A stretch of DNA of 64,000 bases from Epiperipatus broadwayi (GCA_028023455.1 JAQFVV010000003.1:13578001-13642000); one strand, 5' to 3'. Numbered from the stretch's first letter, positions 13,074 through 25,935 are shown. Numbers and translations: made by a program. The notes: generated by a model not told the origin, from the sequence alone.

Positions 13074-14580
13074 TAAAAAATTATACGTGTTAAAATTTAT
13101 ATTTTCATGAGCCTTAACATTACATTATAGAACAAGGTTAATTTGCTCATGACTCTTTATGCCTAGTTCATGCTATATAATGGGGTCTAGATCCGCTCTA
13201 GAGCTAGCAGAAGTGATTATACATATTGATAAAGAATATAACATTTTATCAAACACGAATACTTAATATTCTCTATATAGTTTATGTGCTTATAAAATTA
13301 GACTCGAATTCAAATCAAAGCTGAAAATACAATTACTATGGCGGGATGAACTGATGATTGGCAGTCAGACTTCAGATACTATGGCGTATAGAAAATGTAA
13401 AGTCTGATATAGCCCTTGCATCTCGAAAGTGCCTTTTTATGAGATTTTTACCAAGTAACGGTTCTCTTTTTCACCGTATTCATTGCTGTGTAAATAAACG
13501 ACCTTTAGTCCGGCTGATCAAACAACTAATTAAACTATGGGAGTCTCATGCTCCATTTCTGAGGACGCAGAATGGGGTGGGACATCCAACCTCCATCTGA
13601 AGAAATAGTTGTCCGAACTAAGTAAGAGTAATGATGCAGCGTGACCACGTAAAAACCATTAAGGAATACAGCAACAAATATATATATATACGCCGTAGCG
13701 TTTAAAAACACACTCGCACCGCTGACCACATTATATAATTAAAATTTAATGACGCCAAACACTAGTTTCCTTCATGAAACTACCGTATATCAGTTCATTA
13801 GGTAGCATGTATAATTATGCTATTAAGGAAACACTAGGAATCTAATTTATAAAGCTATCTATATAGGAATTTATAATTCTGGAAGAAAGTACGGCAAATT
13901 ATTGGGCATTAAGATATAATTATAGCTCTATGCTGTATCTCAATCACTCCAGCTAAACATTAGTTAAATATCTCGAAAGCGAATCTATTTTAAAACAGCT
14001 GTAAGTTTTCTAATTAACTTTTAAAACAAGCTATTTTAACCCTTTCTGAAATGGTTTTCTTTTGCATCCTAGACTCTATTATTCTCTAGGTGTGAAAATG
14101 TGATAGCTCCTCACTAAGCATTTAGTCAATAGTAAAATTCCGTTTCAAATAATTATAGCACAAACCACTAAGCAATGGAAAATCATAAAACCTGGCATAG
14201 ATTTACTAAAAATGTAAGTTTACTGGACAGATATCTAAAATTTGACTCTGTTTTGGCATAGTTTAATTACAACGCAATTCATTTATCTCCGATTGATCTA
14301 GTTCAACGTATTTACAGTTTTCTGACTTAATTAGTTGTGACTGACTTAATTAGTTGTGACTTGCTAGTAGTGGATTTAAATTTACATTATTATTGCTATG
14401 GCCATAGAGTTTAAATTTAGCTAGCTTTAGGAATTATCGCATTTTATCCGAGTTATTAATCTTTAAGTAGAGGAAAGTTTTTACCAGACTCTCTGCTGAT
14501 TGTACTTGCTTCATGTTGAGGATTGGAGATGGGCATCTGCTTCTACGGCTTTTCTTTCACTGCTTCCCGCATCGATAGAC

Positions 14581-15455
14581 TCCTGGGTCCGAAAGGCAAG
14601 AGAATTTGCTTCTACTCAGATTTCATTTTAATTCATAAATTTTAACATACGTTATTGACTGAAATAATGTTCGACTCCTTTCAAAATGGCCACAGAGGCT
14701 TATATATTCAGCTTACCATCCCCTCTTCTTGGTTATAGTAATTTTCTAGCTTTGTTTTGATAATTTTCTCGGGGAATTCCTAGAATCATATAATTACTTT
14801 GTTTTGATTTCTTATAGCGAAGTTTTACATCCGGTCATTCACTATTACTTTTTAATTACGCAGGATAATTTATCCTACAGGTTAGTGTTACTTTTGGTTT
14901 GGTAATTAGGTCACACTAAAGCGAGAAAGATTAAATTTTATAATACCAATTTTTCGAAAACAAATCTATAAATGAAATTTTATAATACCAATTTTTCGAA
15001 AACAAATCTAGATGGAAAACATCTGGTTATATATGTAACTTGATTATTTAATTTAGCAATATATGCAGAAATATACAATAATTTCAAATATTAATTTTCT
15101 TTAGAATAAATATTTTAAATAAATAAATATATAATGTTTTTAAATCTGTTAACATGATTCTTTCCTGCATATATGTAGTCTCTCGTTACACATACAACAC
15201 AGTTTTCATTAATTTACTCGTAGAAATATATGTGTGTGTATATATGGTTTTTTTATACATACAGATACACCTTTTATCTTGTAAGCTTAAAATATATGCA
15301 CACATACATAACTAATACCTTTATATTTAAATCCAGCCTGATTTGGATATAATATTAACCGTATATACGAGGATTTGGTGATAGATACTTATATAGAAAT
15401 ACTACTATAGTATATAGTAGGTGAAACAGGAAGCTTGGCAAAGCTGACTGCTTCA
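14581..15455. repeat. Long direct repeat, copy 1 (~875 bp)
   Basis: Near-identical to 17628-18502 (offset 3047), from TCCTGGGTCCGAAAGGCAAG to AAGCTGACTG(C/T)TTCA. Contains an internal tandem duplication of ATAATACCAATTTTTCGAAAACAAATCTA. Confidence 0.95.
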
Positions 15456-16042
15456 TATCCTCAAACTCACAGGAGATTTATTGAATTTTATAGTTTTATG
15501 CCTTTACTTCGGGTATTGTCAAAATTTTAATTAACAAAAAAAAAAAAAAACTTTTCTATTTTGAGTATTATGCAACATTTTATAACAGAAGCACAAAAAA
15601 AACGTTTACTCTATGTATTATATCGCCTACTAATTTTAAAATGAACCCTCTCTCATCTTATTATCTCCATGCAGTTAAACACAACCCATTCTAGAATATT
15701 ATAATAACTAAGACTAAACTAAACTAATGATTATGTGGTTATATATATATAATTCTAAGTATTTCATATCCCTAAGTAAGATCTAAAACACTCCTCAAAA
15801 TTTTACTAATAGGCTCACCTCATCATCATCCCCCCTACATAACTGTAAAGGTATCTGGTTTACTTCAGTTTTCACCTCTATCCTAAAACACAATCCCTAC
15901 ACTCTTAAGAATATGCACACCTATATATATCAGCTACAAATGAAAATTATAATATTTTCATCAAACACCTACAACCCTCTAAACAACCAGCTATTTGCAG
16001 ATTATACATATCTACATGTACTACTTATACTATAACAAATTA

Positions 16043-17627
16043 CTACATATCTCTACTATTATCCAACCTGCTCTTTCTTTTAAATTTTGGCCTTTCCCAG
16101 TATGTCTTCCTATCTATACTGCTCTTTCTTTTAAATTTTGGCCTTTCCCAGTATGTCTTATCTTTCAATGCCATCACCATCTTATCTTTTGACACCCTCT
16201 TATCTTTCCACATCCTATCTTTCCATATTTTCTCCTTCAACATCCTATCCTTTACTACTCTCTTGGTCTTTTCTCTCAGTTTAATCTTGGTAGAGCACCA
16301 ATCTCTACCTCTGTCCATATGCTGGTAATACAATGATATTTTGATTGGTGGTTGATTCCATTCATCAAATTGTGACACAAGAAACCCAGAGGATGATTTA
16401 TCTGGTGGCTTTTTGCGAACACTGTCAAGAGGTTAACTGGTGAATCACCCCAGCCAGATGGTTTCCCAATGGCTTTTTTTATTCTCCAAGGTTCACAGCA
16501 AAACAGCAGCTTCCATAGATTAGGATGAGCCACAATTCGATATTCTCCTAGCTTTCTATCCTGGCTGTGGGTAACCCTATGCTCCTGTCTGAATAGCTCT
16601 ATAGTTTCTAAGTATTCTGGGGTTCTATTCCTCCAATAATGAAGGCCTCTGAAATCCCTTTTGACCAGACTGCTCACCAGGTGGGTCACCACCACCAACT
16701 GTTGGTCTTTCATGAATGTGTGACCGGGTTTAAATTTTACTGGATGTTTATTAAAGATATCTGGGATTTCCTTTCCCCGACCAGAGTAGCACAGCATTCT
16801 ACCCTCAAGTTTCAGCAGTGCCACACTCCATCTCACTGTGTGACTACTTTTATCAATGATATTAAAATCAATGATATTAAAGTTTTCGGCTCCATTCAAT
16901 ATTCCTAGCTCAGATGGACCTTTCTCAATTTCTTTCTCTCCTTTAACTTATTGGTGAAGCTCTATTTGTTCAAATATTTCATCTAGTAATTTGGCTGGAA
17001 TCACTATCTCTGCCTTTTCTATTTCTTTTGTTGGAACATATTCTACTTCGGTGGTTATTCCTGAAAGCAGTTTTTCTCTTTCTTCTTTTATTCCTAACTC
17101 AACTTTTAACCTTTCTGTTCCATCATTTATAGCTTCCAACTCTCCTTCTCCCTGTAAAAGCTCAATGATTTCAGGTATGCTGAGCATCATTTCTTCCTCA
17201 CTTAATGGAATTGCTTCTATGATTTCTTTTCCAATCACAATGTGTTCTTTCTCCCTGTCTCCATTCTCTCTAAAGCCCTTGACTCAACATTTTCTTCAAT
17301 CCCTCCTAAGTCCATCTTTTCTGCTGGTATGTCTATTTCTATAACTTCTATTCCTGTAATTGATAATACTTCTGCCTCAATCTGTTCTTCAAGTACAGCT
17401 CCTCCCTCTGCAACTCCAGAAATTTATTCAATAGTTACTAGTTTTTCTGAAGGTGGGCTCACAATTTTCGTAGTTTCTTTTGTCGCTTCTACTTCTTTCT
17501 TCTTTTCAGTCTCAATTTCTACTGTCACTTCAATAAATTTTTTTGTGAAAGTCCTAAAGTTTTCCTAACCATCACTTCCATATTTTCTAGTATTCCTTGC
17601 TGGTTCCTTCTCTCCTTTTTATCTTTT
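16043..17627 (-). pseudogene. Decayed ORF(s) of unknown function between the long direct repeats
   Basis: Frameshift-linked minus-strand pieces: a long Glu/Ile-rich region (incl. 16948-17238), a 207-aa ORF (16276-16899) and a Lys/Arg-rich 111-aa ORF (16043-16378) with duplicated KTYWERPKFKRKS. No family motif recognised. Confidence 0.5.
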
Positions 17628-18502
17628 TCCTGGGTCCGAAAGGCAAGAGAATTTGCTTCTACTCAGATTTCATTTTAATTCATAAATTTTAACATACGTT
17701 ATTGACTGAAATAATGTCTGACTCCTTTCAAAATAGCCGCAGAGGCTTATATATTCAGCTTACCCCCCCTCTTCTTGGTTATAGTAATTTTCTAGCTTTG
17801 TTTTGATAATTTTCTCATTGAATTCCTAGAATCGTATAATTACTTTGTTTTGATTTCTTATAGCGAAGTTTTACATCCGGTCATTCACTATTTCTTTTTA
17901 ATTACGCAGGATAATTTATCCTACAGGTTAGTGTTACTTTTGGTTTGGTAATTAGGTTACACTAAAGCGAGAAAGATTAAATTTTATAATACCAATTTTT
18001 CGAAAACAAATCTATAAATGGAATTTTATAATACCAATTTTTCGAAAACAAATCTAAATGGAAAACATCGGTTATATATGTAACTTGATTATTTAATTTA
18101 GCAATATATGCAGAAATATACAATAATTTCAAATATTAATTTTCTTTAGAATAAATATTTTAAATAAATAAATTTATAATGTTTTTAAATCTGTTAACAT
18201 GATTCTTTCCTGCATATATGTAGTCTCTCGTTACACATACAACACAGTTTTCATTAATTTACTCGTAGAAATATATGTGTGTATATATGTTTTTTTTATA
18301 TATATATACAAATACACCTTTTATCTTGTAAGTTTAAAATATATGCACACATACATAACTAATACCTTTATATTTAAATCCAGCCTGATTTGGATATAAT
18401 ATTAACCGTATATATGAGGATTTGGTGATAGATACTTATATAGAAATACTACTATAGTATATAGTAGGTGAAACAGGAGGCTTGACAAAGCTGACTGTTT
18501 CA
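17628..18502. repeat. Long direct repeat, copy 2
   Basis: Matches 14581-15455 with scattered substitutions and small indels. Confidence 0.95.
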
Positions 18503-18610
18503 ATATGGACTTAAATTTTTTAATTTTAGCATATTCACTTTTAAAAAAACCACAATTTGACATACCGACAACAAAAAAAAAAGGAAATTAACATTTTTGA
18601 ACTTTATCTA

Positions 18611-18800
18611 GGTTAGCATCTTGTATTACTACAGTTGGATTGTAAAAGACCCAGAAAGAGACCACATGTGAGATGAATGGATGAAATAAGTAAGTGTGCA
18701 GGGGTGATGTGGAGAAGAGAAGCTAAAGATCGGACATGGTTTGAACTTGAAGAGACCTTCATCTTGCAGTGGAATGATAATGGTTGATGATAATGATGAA
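18611..18800 (+). mobile_element. RTE-clade LINE 3' end fragment
   Basis: Translates to KRPRKRPHVR*MDEISKCAGVMWRREAKDRTWFELEETFILQWNDNG*, the typical RTE ORF C-terminus, followed by a TGATGA-type tail. Confidence 0.8.
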
Positions 18801-19492
18801 TACCACAGTTGAACATCATCTGCTAATCATGGTTTACATCTGCAAAAATTTGACATTTTTTCTTCCTAATGTTTAAATTGAATCTTGGACGTTTTGAAAT
18901 TTATTCATTAATATGCAATCAGATAGCAATCTTAACATTTTTCTACCTCAACACGTATGAAAGTAAAAAAAAAAAAAAATCAATTTTCTTCCCAAATTCA
19001 GAAAAGACAAGTTGGCCCATTTTTATGAAGCTTTTTTTTTTTATTTAAAACTTTTACCTTCAACATTATTTTGTTATTATATAATATATTGATGGATAAT
19101 AAATATTTTTATTGTTATTTGATTTGATAAATATTTCACATAATAAATGAATATAAAGATTTTACCATTTTGATAGATTTTTATCAAATATTTCATTGAT
19201 TTTTTTCTCTCTCCATGTTTTGAAATATTACAATATCTTAATTCCACATGTACCAATTATTTATTTCATCAGTATAAACATTTCAAAGTGTCAGAATTTC
19301 AATTATAGTCAAATATTTTATAATCACTTTTTTATTCCACATATTGAAAATCTTATAATATTTTTGATTCTATCCTAAAAATGGTACTTATTTCATAAAC
19401 ATAAATATTTCAAAACATTAGAATTTCATTTATATAACTATTTACTATGTAGATATAAAAAAAAAAAATCACTTTTTTTTCATTTGTCAAAT

Positions 19493-19562
19493 TCGTTGAC
19501 CGGAAGTGAACCCGGGCCAGCAGCTTGGAAGGCAGCTATGCTAACCACTAGGCCACCAACGC
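19493..19562 (-). pseudogene. tRNA-Gly(TCC)-like pseudogene or SINE copy
   Basis: Minus strand reads GCGTTGGTGGCCTAGTGGTTAGCATAGCTGCCTTCCAAGCTGCTGGCCCGGGTTCACTTCCGGTCAACGA, close to eukaryotic tRNA-Gly-TCC. It has a T:T mismatch in the anticodon stem, an altered T-loop and a broken first acceptor pair. Its TCAA leader and TTTGACA+A tail are shared with the other SINE copies. Confidence 0.8.
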
Positions 19563-19880
19563 TTGATTTTGAGAACAAAAAAATATTACAAAAACATGCC
19601 CAAGTCAAAGAGATTTCTCAACGATAAAGTTGAAGGAAAAATATCATTGCTAAATAAAAATGAAACAACAAATAAAAAATTGTTTCCAGTAGTTTTTTTT
19701 AAAAAATAATCTGTTTCTTCAATCAGACAATAAATAGAAGATAAACAAATCGTTAACAACAAAATTATTTATATTAATTATAAAGAATGTGCGTATTTTA
19801 AATATTTTTATTTATAAAGTTTATATTAGATTTATTGTTACATTTTTATTTACCATCGTCAAACACATTCCACTCAGAAT

Positions 19881-20446
19881 TTTGACACCATACACCTCAG
19901 ATAAATATAATAATGATTATTACTAATCATTTTCTAAACTAGAGATTATCTCTAGCACAGATATAAATTTTAAACCTCAGTTAAATATTAATATATCTGA
20001 TTTTTAAATTTTAAACATACACATACATGGAGTTATTCACTTTCTCTTTCCCATGTATAATATCTTTACAGATATATTAAACAACCTCCATACTTCTCCA
20101 TTCTTTTTAAATTCATATAAATAAAGATACAATAAAAGACAAATGACCCCCCAAAATGCATTTCATGCTGAACCAGCACTCATCAGTTGGTCCAGATCAC
20201 TATCTCCCATATATATCTGTATTATATGAAGTGTATTTATCTATTACATTTTTATTTAACATTGTCAAACTCACTCCATTCACAACTTTGACACCATCCA
20301 CCTCAGATAAATACAATAATGATTATTACTAATCACTTTCTAAACTAGAGATTATATCTAGCCCAGATATAAACTTTAAACCTCAGTTAAAGATTAATAT
20401 ATCTCATTTTTAAATTTTAAACATATACCCACATGGATTTATTCAC
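19881..20446. repeat. ~160-bp direct duplication (19881-20040 and 20287-20446)
   Basis: TTTGACACCAT...CACCTCAGATAAAT...TTATTCAC occurs twice at offset 406. The spacer holds a fragment (about 20161-20220) of the repeat family also at 36.6, 50.6 and 54.3 kb. Confidence 0.85.
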
Positions 20447-22075
20447 CCTTTCAAGCAACCTCTATACTTAAATTTACTATATAAGATTGTAAAAAAAACA
20501 AAAGCAGTAAGTGATTTATATACTAATTCATACTATCCAGTTCAGGGTTTTGGAATAAGATATATCTGATAATGGGGTTCCATTCTCTCTCTCTCTCTAT
20601 ATATATATATATTGTAAAAATATGACAAAAACAGGATAAACCTGTAGTGATGGAATGATCATCTTCAGTCCTATTTAATAAACTATCAAATACAAAATGA
20701 ATATAAATATAATAAATATGAGCATGAGAGATCAGCAAAAACAAAGACTAACTATTAGTTTACCAGCATTACAGATGAATATTAATAATTTATCATCAAG
20801 AATGATCAAAAAAATAAAATTGACAGTCAACCTTGTGATTGAATTTGAAAGTGGTTCACTAGAGATCGGGATAATTATTTAGTCCTTGCCAAACTTGGGA
20901 AGAGTATATTAGATGCACAAACTTAAATGCTAACCCATCAGAATATAACAAAAAATAATGCTGGGATACAGAAACATGCTGATCATTTAGAAGCATTAAT
21001 GTATTGGCCAACTATAAACTTAATTTCTTATAATAAAAACTAAATAAAATGTAGTGCATTGATTTTAAAGGATATACTTTTGTGCCAACCAGGATCATCA
21101 TCATCATCTGGATGTCCATAACATTAAACATAAACCCTAATCTATATAACTGACCATTATGCATGAATCCAACTCAGTGAACAAGAACTCTATAACAGTT
21201 ACAGTGAGCAAGAGATAATATCAACATATAATAATTTATAATAATTCAAATTTATTTTTGGATTGAATGAATTCATTGGAATAACTTAATGAAATACAAA
21301 TTTATTAATCAGAAACAATAATAAAATGAAATTCTGGTCTGCTAAGTACACTATAAATTCGGCATTCTGACTTCGATTCAAATAATACAAAAAATATAAA
21401 CTATTACATTATAATTTACATATATCTCAATAGGTTTATATAAAACACACCTATATATAAGCTCTCAGATGTGCTATATAATTGAAAATTAACATCTTTG
21501 AATTGTTATAAATCAATAATAAAAATTCATTTTTATAATACATAATTATTAATTTTAACATATATGTGGGTGATGATTGAATTTAATACATATGGATCTA
21601 CATGACACACATCCAAATGTGTGTGCACACTGATATATCATTAGTTAAAAATAAACTTATTAAACAATATATTTCCACAAGACATAATTTGATGTTGAAA
21701 AATATGCACATAAGTGCATATTATTCCGCTACAAATCAAAGTTATTAATTAATTAATTATTTCTAATGGTAGATAAAAGTTCTTTTTTTAAAATATCACT
21801 TCTTTGACAGTCCTTCATAAAAGTGTTTTTTTTTTCCAAATTAGGTATTAATTGTAACCATTTTTAAAAAATATACTAAAAGATCTTTTGTACTCCAATA
21901 TAAAAAGATTTCTGGAATTTTCCTTTTTTAATAAAAATAAAACTGGAAATGTATCTTAGTTTTAGTTGAATACTTTAGACAAAAGTTATTTACTTTTAAA
22001 TCTTGTAATTTAAAGATTTTAACTGCAAAGTATTTAAAATAATCTTGTTCTCAGTACATAACAAATTCTACTCAC

Positions 22076-22254
22076 CAGTTGTATGCACTTTATATATATT
22101 CGACCAGCAGTAATTATACATTTGTGCTTCTTTGCAGATATTCATTGTTAATATTTTTTTATTTTTTATTAATCCATTTAGTTTGTATTTACTTACTGAA
22201 CTCAATCCAAGCATCTTGCTATTAACATCCATTACGTTATTAATATATACAATC
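22076..22254 (-). CDS. Two possible small host exons (22197-22254 and 22076-22129)
   Basis: Acceptor TTTCTCAG, a 58-nt exon with one open frame (IVYINNVMDVNSKMLGLSS), donor GTAAGT. Then a 67-nt intron with a weak AAG acceptor, a 54-nt exon (KHKCIITAGRIYIKCIQL) and donor GTGAGT. No homology recognised. Confidence 0.25.
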
Positions 22255-23419
22255 CTGAGAAATCATGCAATCTATTGGGGGCATACAAGGATTGCAGTAA
22301 TAATTTATTAATGTTATTGACTGGGGTTTTAAGTTTTCCAGAAGTAAACTTTCTCTTTAAAAGATTTGGCAGCTAAAAGTTTCATTTTTTTAAATTCAAA
22401 CTAGAAAAACAAAAATATTTTTGAGAGGAGTTGTAATTAGTTTAACCTGAAGTGCTAGGTTATAAATCATTATCATCACCACACAAGTTTGGTTAATACT
22501 CATATATTTGAATTTAATCATTTTTATTTGAAGTATATTAATCAATTTTGTTTTTATCTAAATATTAGCTTTGCTCAACTGGAGTGAAAATTTACAGTTA
22601 CATATTTGTATATCATTGATTCATTTAAAGTCACCTTTACAACATATATATATATGAAATTATTTCCTAATGATTTTTACTTTATGAAATATTTTTACTT
22701 TATTGAAAATTCATCAACAGCCTTCAATAGAAAGAATAATGTGATTCTCATTATAAATCTCAATAATCATGCTATTATAATTAGACTGATTTGAAGATAG
22801 TGAAGTGCAGTTAAAAAAAATTCCATTAGATTAAAAAAATGGAAGCAATCATTATTGTATTGATATGAATAATAATATTACTTTTTAAAAAATTTCGCTT
22901 TCTTGTCATAACATTATTAGCAACTGAATGATGATGATGATGATGATTATTATTATTATTATTCCTTTTTTATAGATACTAATTTGGGCATATAATCATG
23001 GTATTATTATCAAATGCTCAGTGACTGCTCAAATTTACAACAAAAGGCATTGGATTAAAGTATAATATTACTTCAAAAAAGCATGTTAAATGTGAGCAGA
23101 AAAATCATGCAATGTTTTGTTGTTATTTACTGTACAGATATGAAAATATTTTAACACCTTTCCTATTATTAATATATGCTCAGAAAATATTATTAATTAT
23201 TATTATTAATATTTGTTTTAGTTTCTAAAAATCTGCATGCTTTAGAGACATGGAAGTATATATTCAATATATATAATTAAAAAGATAGCCAAATAATAAT
23301 TATACACTTAGTTGTTTGAAAGATCATCCAAAAGACATGTTGAATAAAACAGTTTCATTCAAGTAATTAAAGCATTTTTTAATACTTTGATTGAATATTA
23401 ATATAGACGTGATACACCG

Positions 23420-25935
23420 TGACAGGAATCTCTCAGCAATTATGTTAGCCACTTTATCTTCCCTTTCCCACCATAAGTTTTCCCATATCCTGCTCCATCA
23501 CATTTCCACAAATATTCTTTGTCAACTCCATGGCCTTCATATGTAAATCCCCCTTATCTGTTTCCAAACCCAACATAAAAACCAATAACCCACTTTCTGT
23601 ATAATCATTTTGTTTATATTTAGTCTTCCATAACTTCATTATTTATACCCTTTCTGCTTTCAAGCATTTACATTGAATCAATAGATATCGAATATTTTCT
23701 ATATCTTCCTTACACAACTTGCAGATTACCCATATTTTTCCATTTAAGTGTATATTCCCTTGTTGCTAAAGATCCAACCTGAGCCTTAAATAGTAAACTA
23801 CTTTCCTTGCTATTATCATAAATTAACTTGCACCCAATGTTCCATTTACTTCTCTATATATATAAACTCTTTTGAACTCTCTATCTCTTCAACTCCCTAA
23901 TTCCTTATTAATGCATCTATTTTTCTATCCCATTCCTTACCACTGTAACACTCAACAATCCTCCTAACACAATCATTCCACCTCTTGTACAAGTATACTG
24001 ATGTAAATTCTTTATCCAAATCTTCTGCATACTGCATTACCTTTCTCACTCATCTTGTTGCCTGCCCTTTACTCATAACTCAATTAAATATTATTTTGGC
24101 TATTCTTTATTATCCATAAACTGCAATCTATTTCATTTTGCTTCCTTCAATAAAAACTTGACCATCTCATTTTTCCTTGAATTGCCTCCTTTGCTATCCA
24201 CACATCTGCATCTAATGCATGTCTTCCTACTTCCCTTTATACTTTTTCTAAGTAACCGAATACCCCTTTACTAACACATAATGCAGCATTGCCATATGTT
24301 AACCTTACTACTGCAACTCCCTTCCATACAATTCTAGCTACATCATATTTACTATATAAAAACATTGTTAATTTCTTTATCAATTCCTTTCTTTGCTTCA
24401 TTTATCAATTTTTTCTCCCATTCATCCAAGCATTTTTTCTGATTACTCAAGATGATTCCCAAATGTCTATATCTATTCATCACACTTAACTTTATATCCC
24501 CCAATAAAAATTCTTTATCTTTTATTTCCCCAGTATTAACCATCATTATATTTGATTTTTCTTCACTAAATTTAATCCCCATCTCTTTACCCATCCTTGT
24601 GCATGTCCTCAGCATAACTTCCACATTTTTTCTTCTTTCTGTACACAAAAAGACATCATCTGTAAAAAAAAAGATCCGATAAAATATATACTCCCTTGCC
24701 ACCTATTAATGGTATTTCTATCCCTCTTCCTAATCTTTCTATTGCTCTCTCCATTTCACTCAAATACAACAAAAACAAAATAGGTGACATATGGCATCCT
24801 TACCTTAGTCCCATGGCATTTTAAACTTTTAACTGATTCTATATCCCCTAATTGATATGTAGAGTAATTATTTTCATATAATTTCTTAATAATATCCACT
24901 AAAACTTCATCCAGTCCCAAATTTGCTAAACTTATCCACAATCTATTTCTACTTACTCTATCATATGCTTTCTCTATATCTATAAAACTCATATATAACT
25001 GTCTACCTGAATTCCTACTCATATCTATAAGTTGTGTGACTACAAATAAACTATCTCCTATATGCCTATCTGACCTAAAACCTTTTTGCATTTCCCTCAC
25101 TACATTATTTTCTTCCATCCATTTTGCAACTCTTCCAGCCACCATATATGAAAAAACTTTATATAAAACTGATGTTACAGTTATTGGTCTATAATTGTTT
25201 AACGTTCTATGATCCTTACCCTTTCCTTTAAATAATAATCTTACTCTTGTATTACTCCAACTACCTGGACACACTCTCTTCTGTGCCATCTTATTAAACA
25301 TGATAATAACTTTACTTTTGCCATATGCCCTAAATTCATTACCATTTCTACTGCCCATCCATCTAAACCTCTTGCCTTTCCACTTTTCAATTTCTTTCCT
25401 GCCTCATTCAGTTCATTTTCTGTAAACCTAATATTCCCATTACTATATGCTTTCATATTTTCTATCCCTCTGTTCCCTCATCATCTAGTAATACTATTTC
25501 TCTCCCCCTGAATTTCTCTTTTAATGGAATTCCAAAATTTTTTACTACCACCACTTCCACTTTTATTAATATTCTCCAACAATTTACTATTCAATTTCAT
25601 TCTCTTTCTATAATTATCTATTTTAGCTAACTTCTTTTCTAAGTACTTTTCCCATTTAGCATTAATATCTTTTTCACTTTCTTTGTTCTTAATAGACACT
25701 TATATTCTCTGCATTATTTTTCCCTCTCTTTTACACTTTTAGTAACTCTCATTTATTTTATTTTATTCTTCTGAATATTCTCACCTAAAACCCTATTTGC
25801 CACTTTTTCTATTTCATCACACCAGTCCTTATACTCATCCCCAGCCAACTCTTCCATGGTTTCTTCAACTTGTATTTTATACTCTTCCAATTTATAGTTC
25901 TTGATTCTGCTATCTATCGCTGAACTAAAGCACAA
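23420..25935 (-). mobile_element. 5'-truncated LINE (non-LTR retrotransposon) ORF2 remnant, copy 1
   Basis: RT motifs NYRPITVTSVLYKVF, QKGFRSDRHIGD, YMSFIDIEKAYDRV, FFTDDVF and NRYRHLGIIL. C-terminal YDNSKESSLLFKA...CKLCKED region. Clade uncertain (RTE/RTEX-like suspected). Confidence 0.9.

Noticed and set aside
13750-13780. TGGCGTC primer-binding-site-like motif on the minus strand (similar TGGAGCC near 4990)
   Set aside because: Not preceded by an LTR-terminal CA, and no tRNA complement or gag/pol sequence follows.
16639-17568. Plus-strand ORFs 16639-16908, 16991-17344 and 17242-17568
   Set aside because: Ser/Phe/Ile-rich antisense shadows of the Glu-rich minus-strand frame.
14584-18502. 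Canonical LTR retrotransposon or DIRS/Ngaro interpretation of the long direct repeats
   Set aside because: No TSD, PBS, PPT, RT, integrase or tyrosine-recombinase motif, and no second (B) repeat pair for a split-repeat structure.
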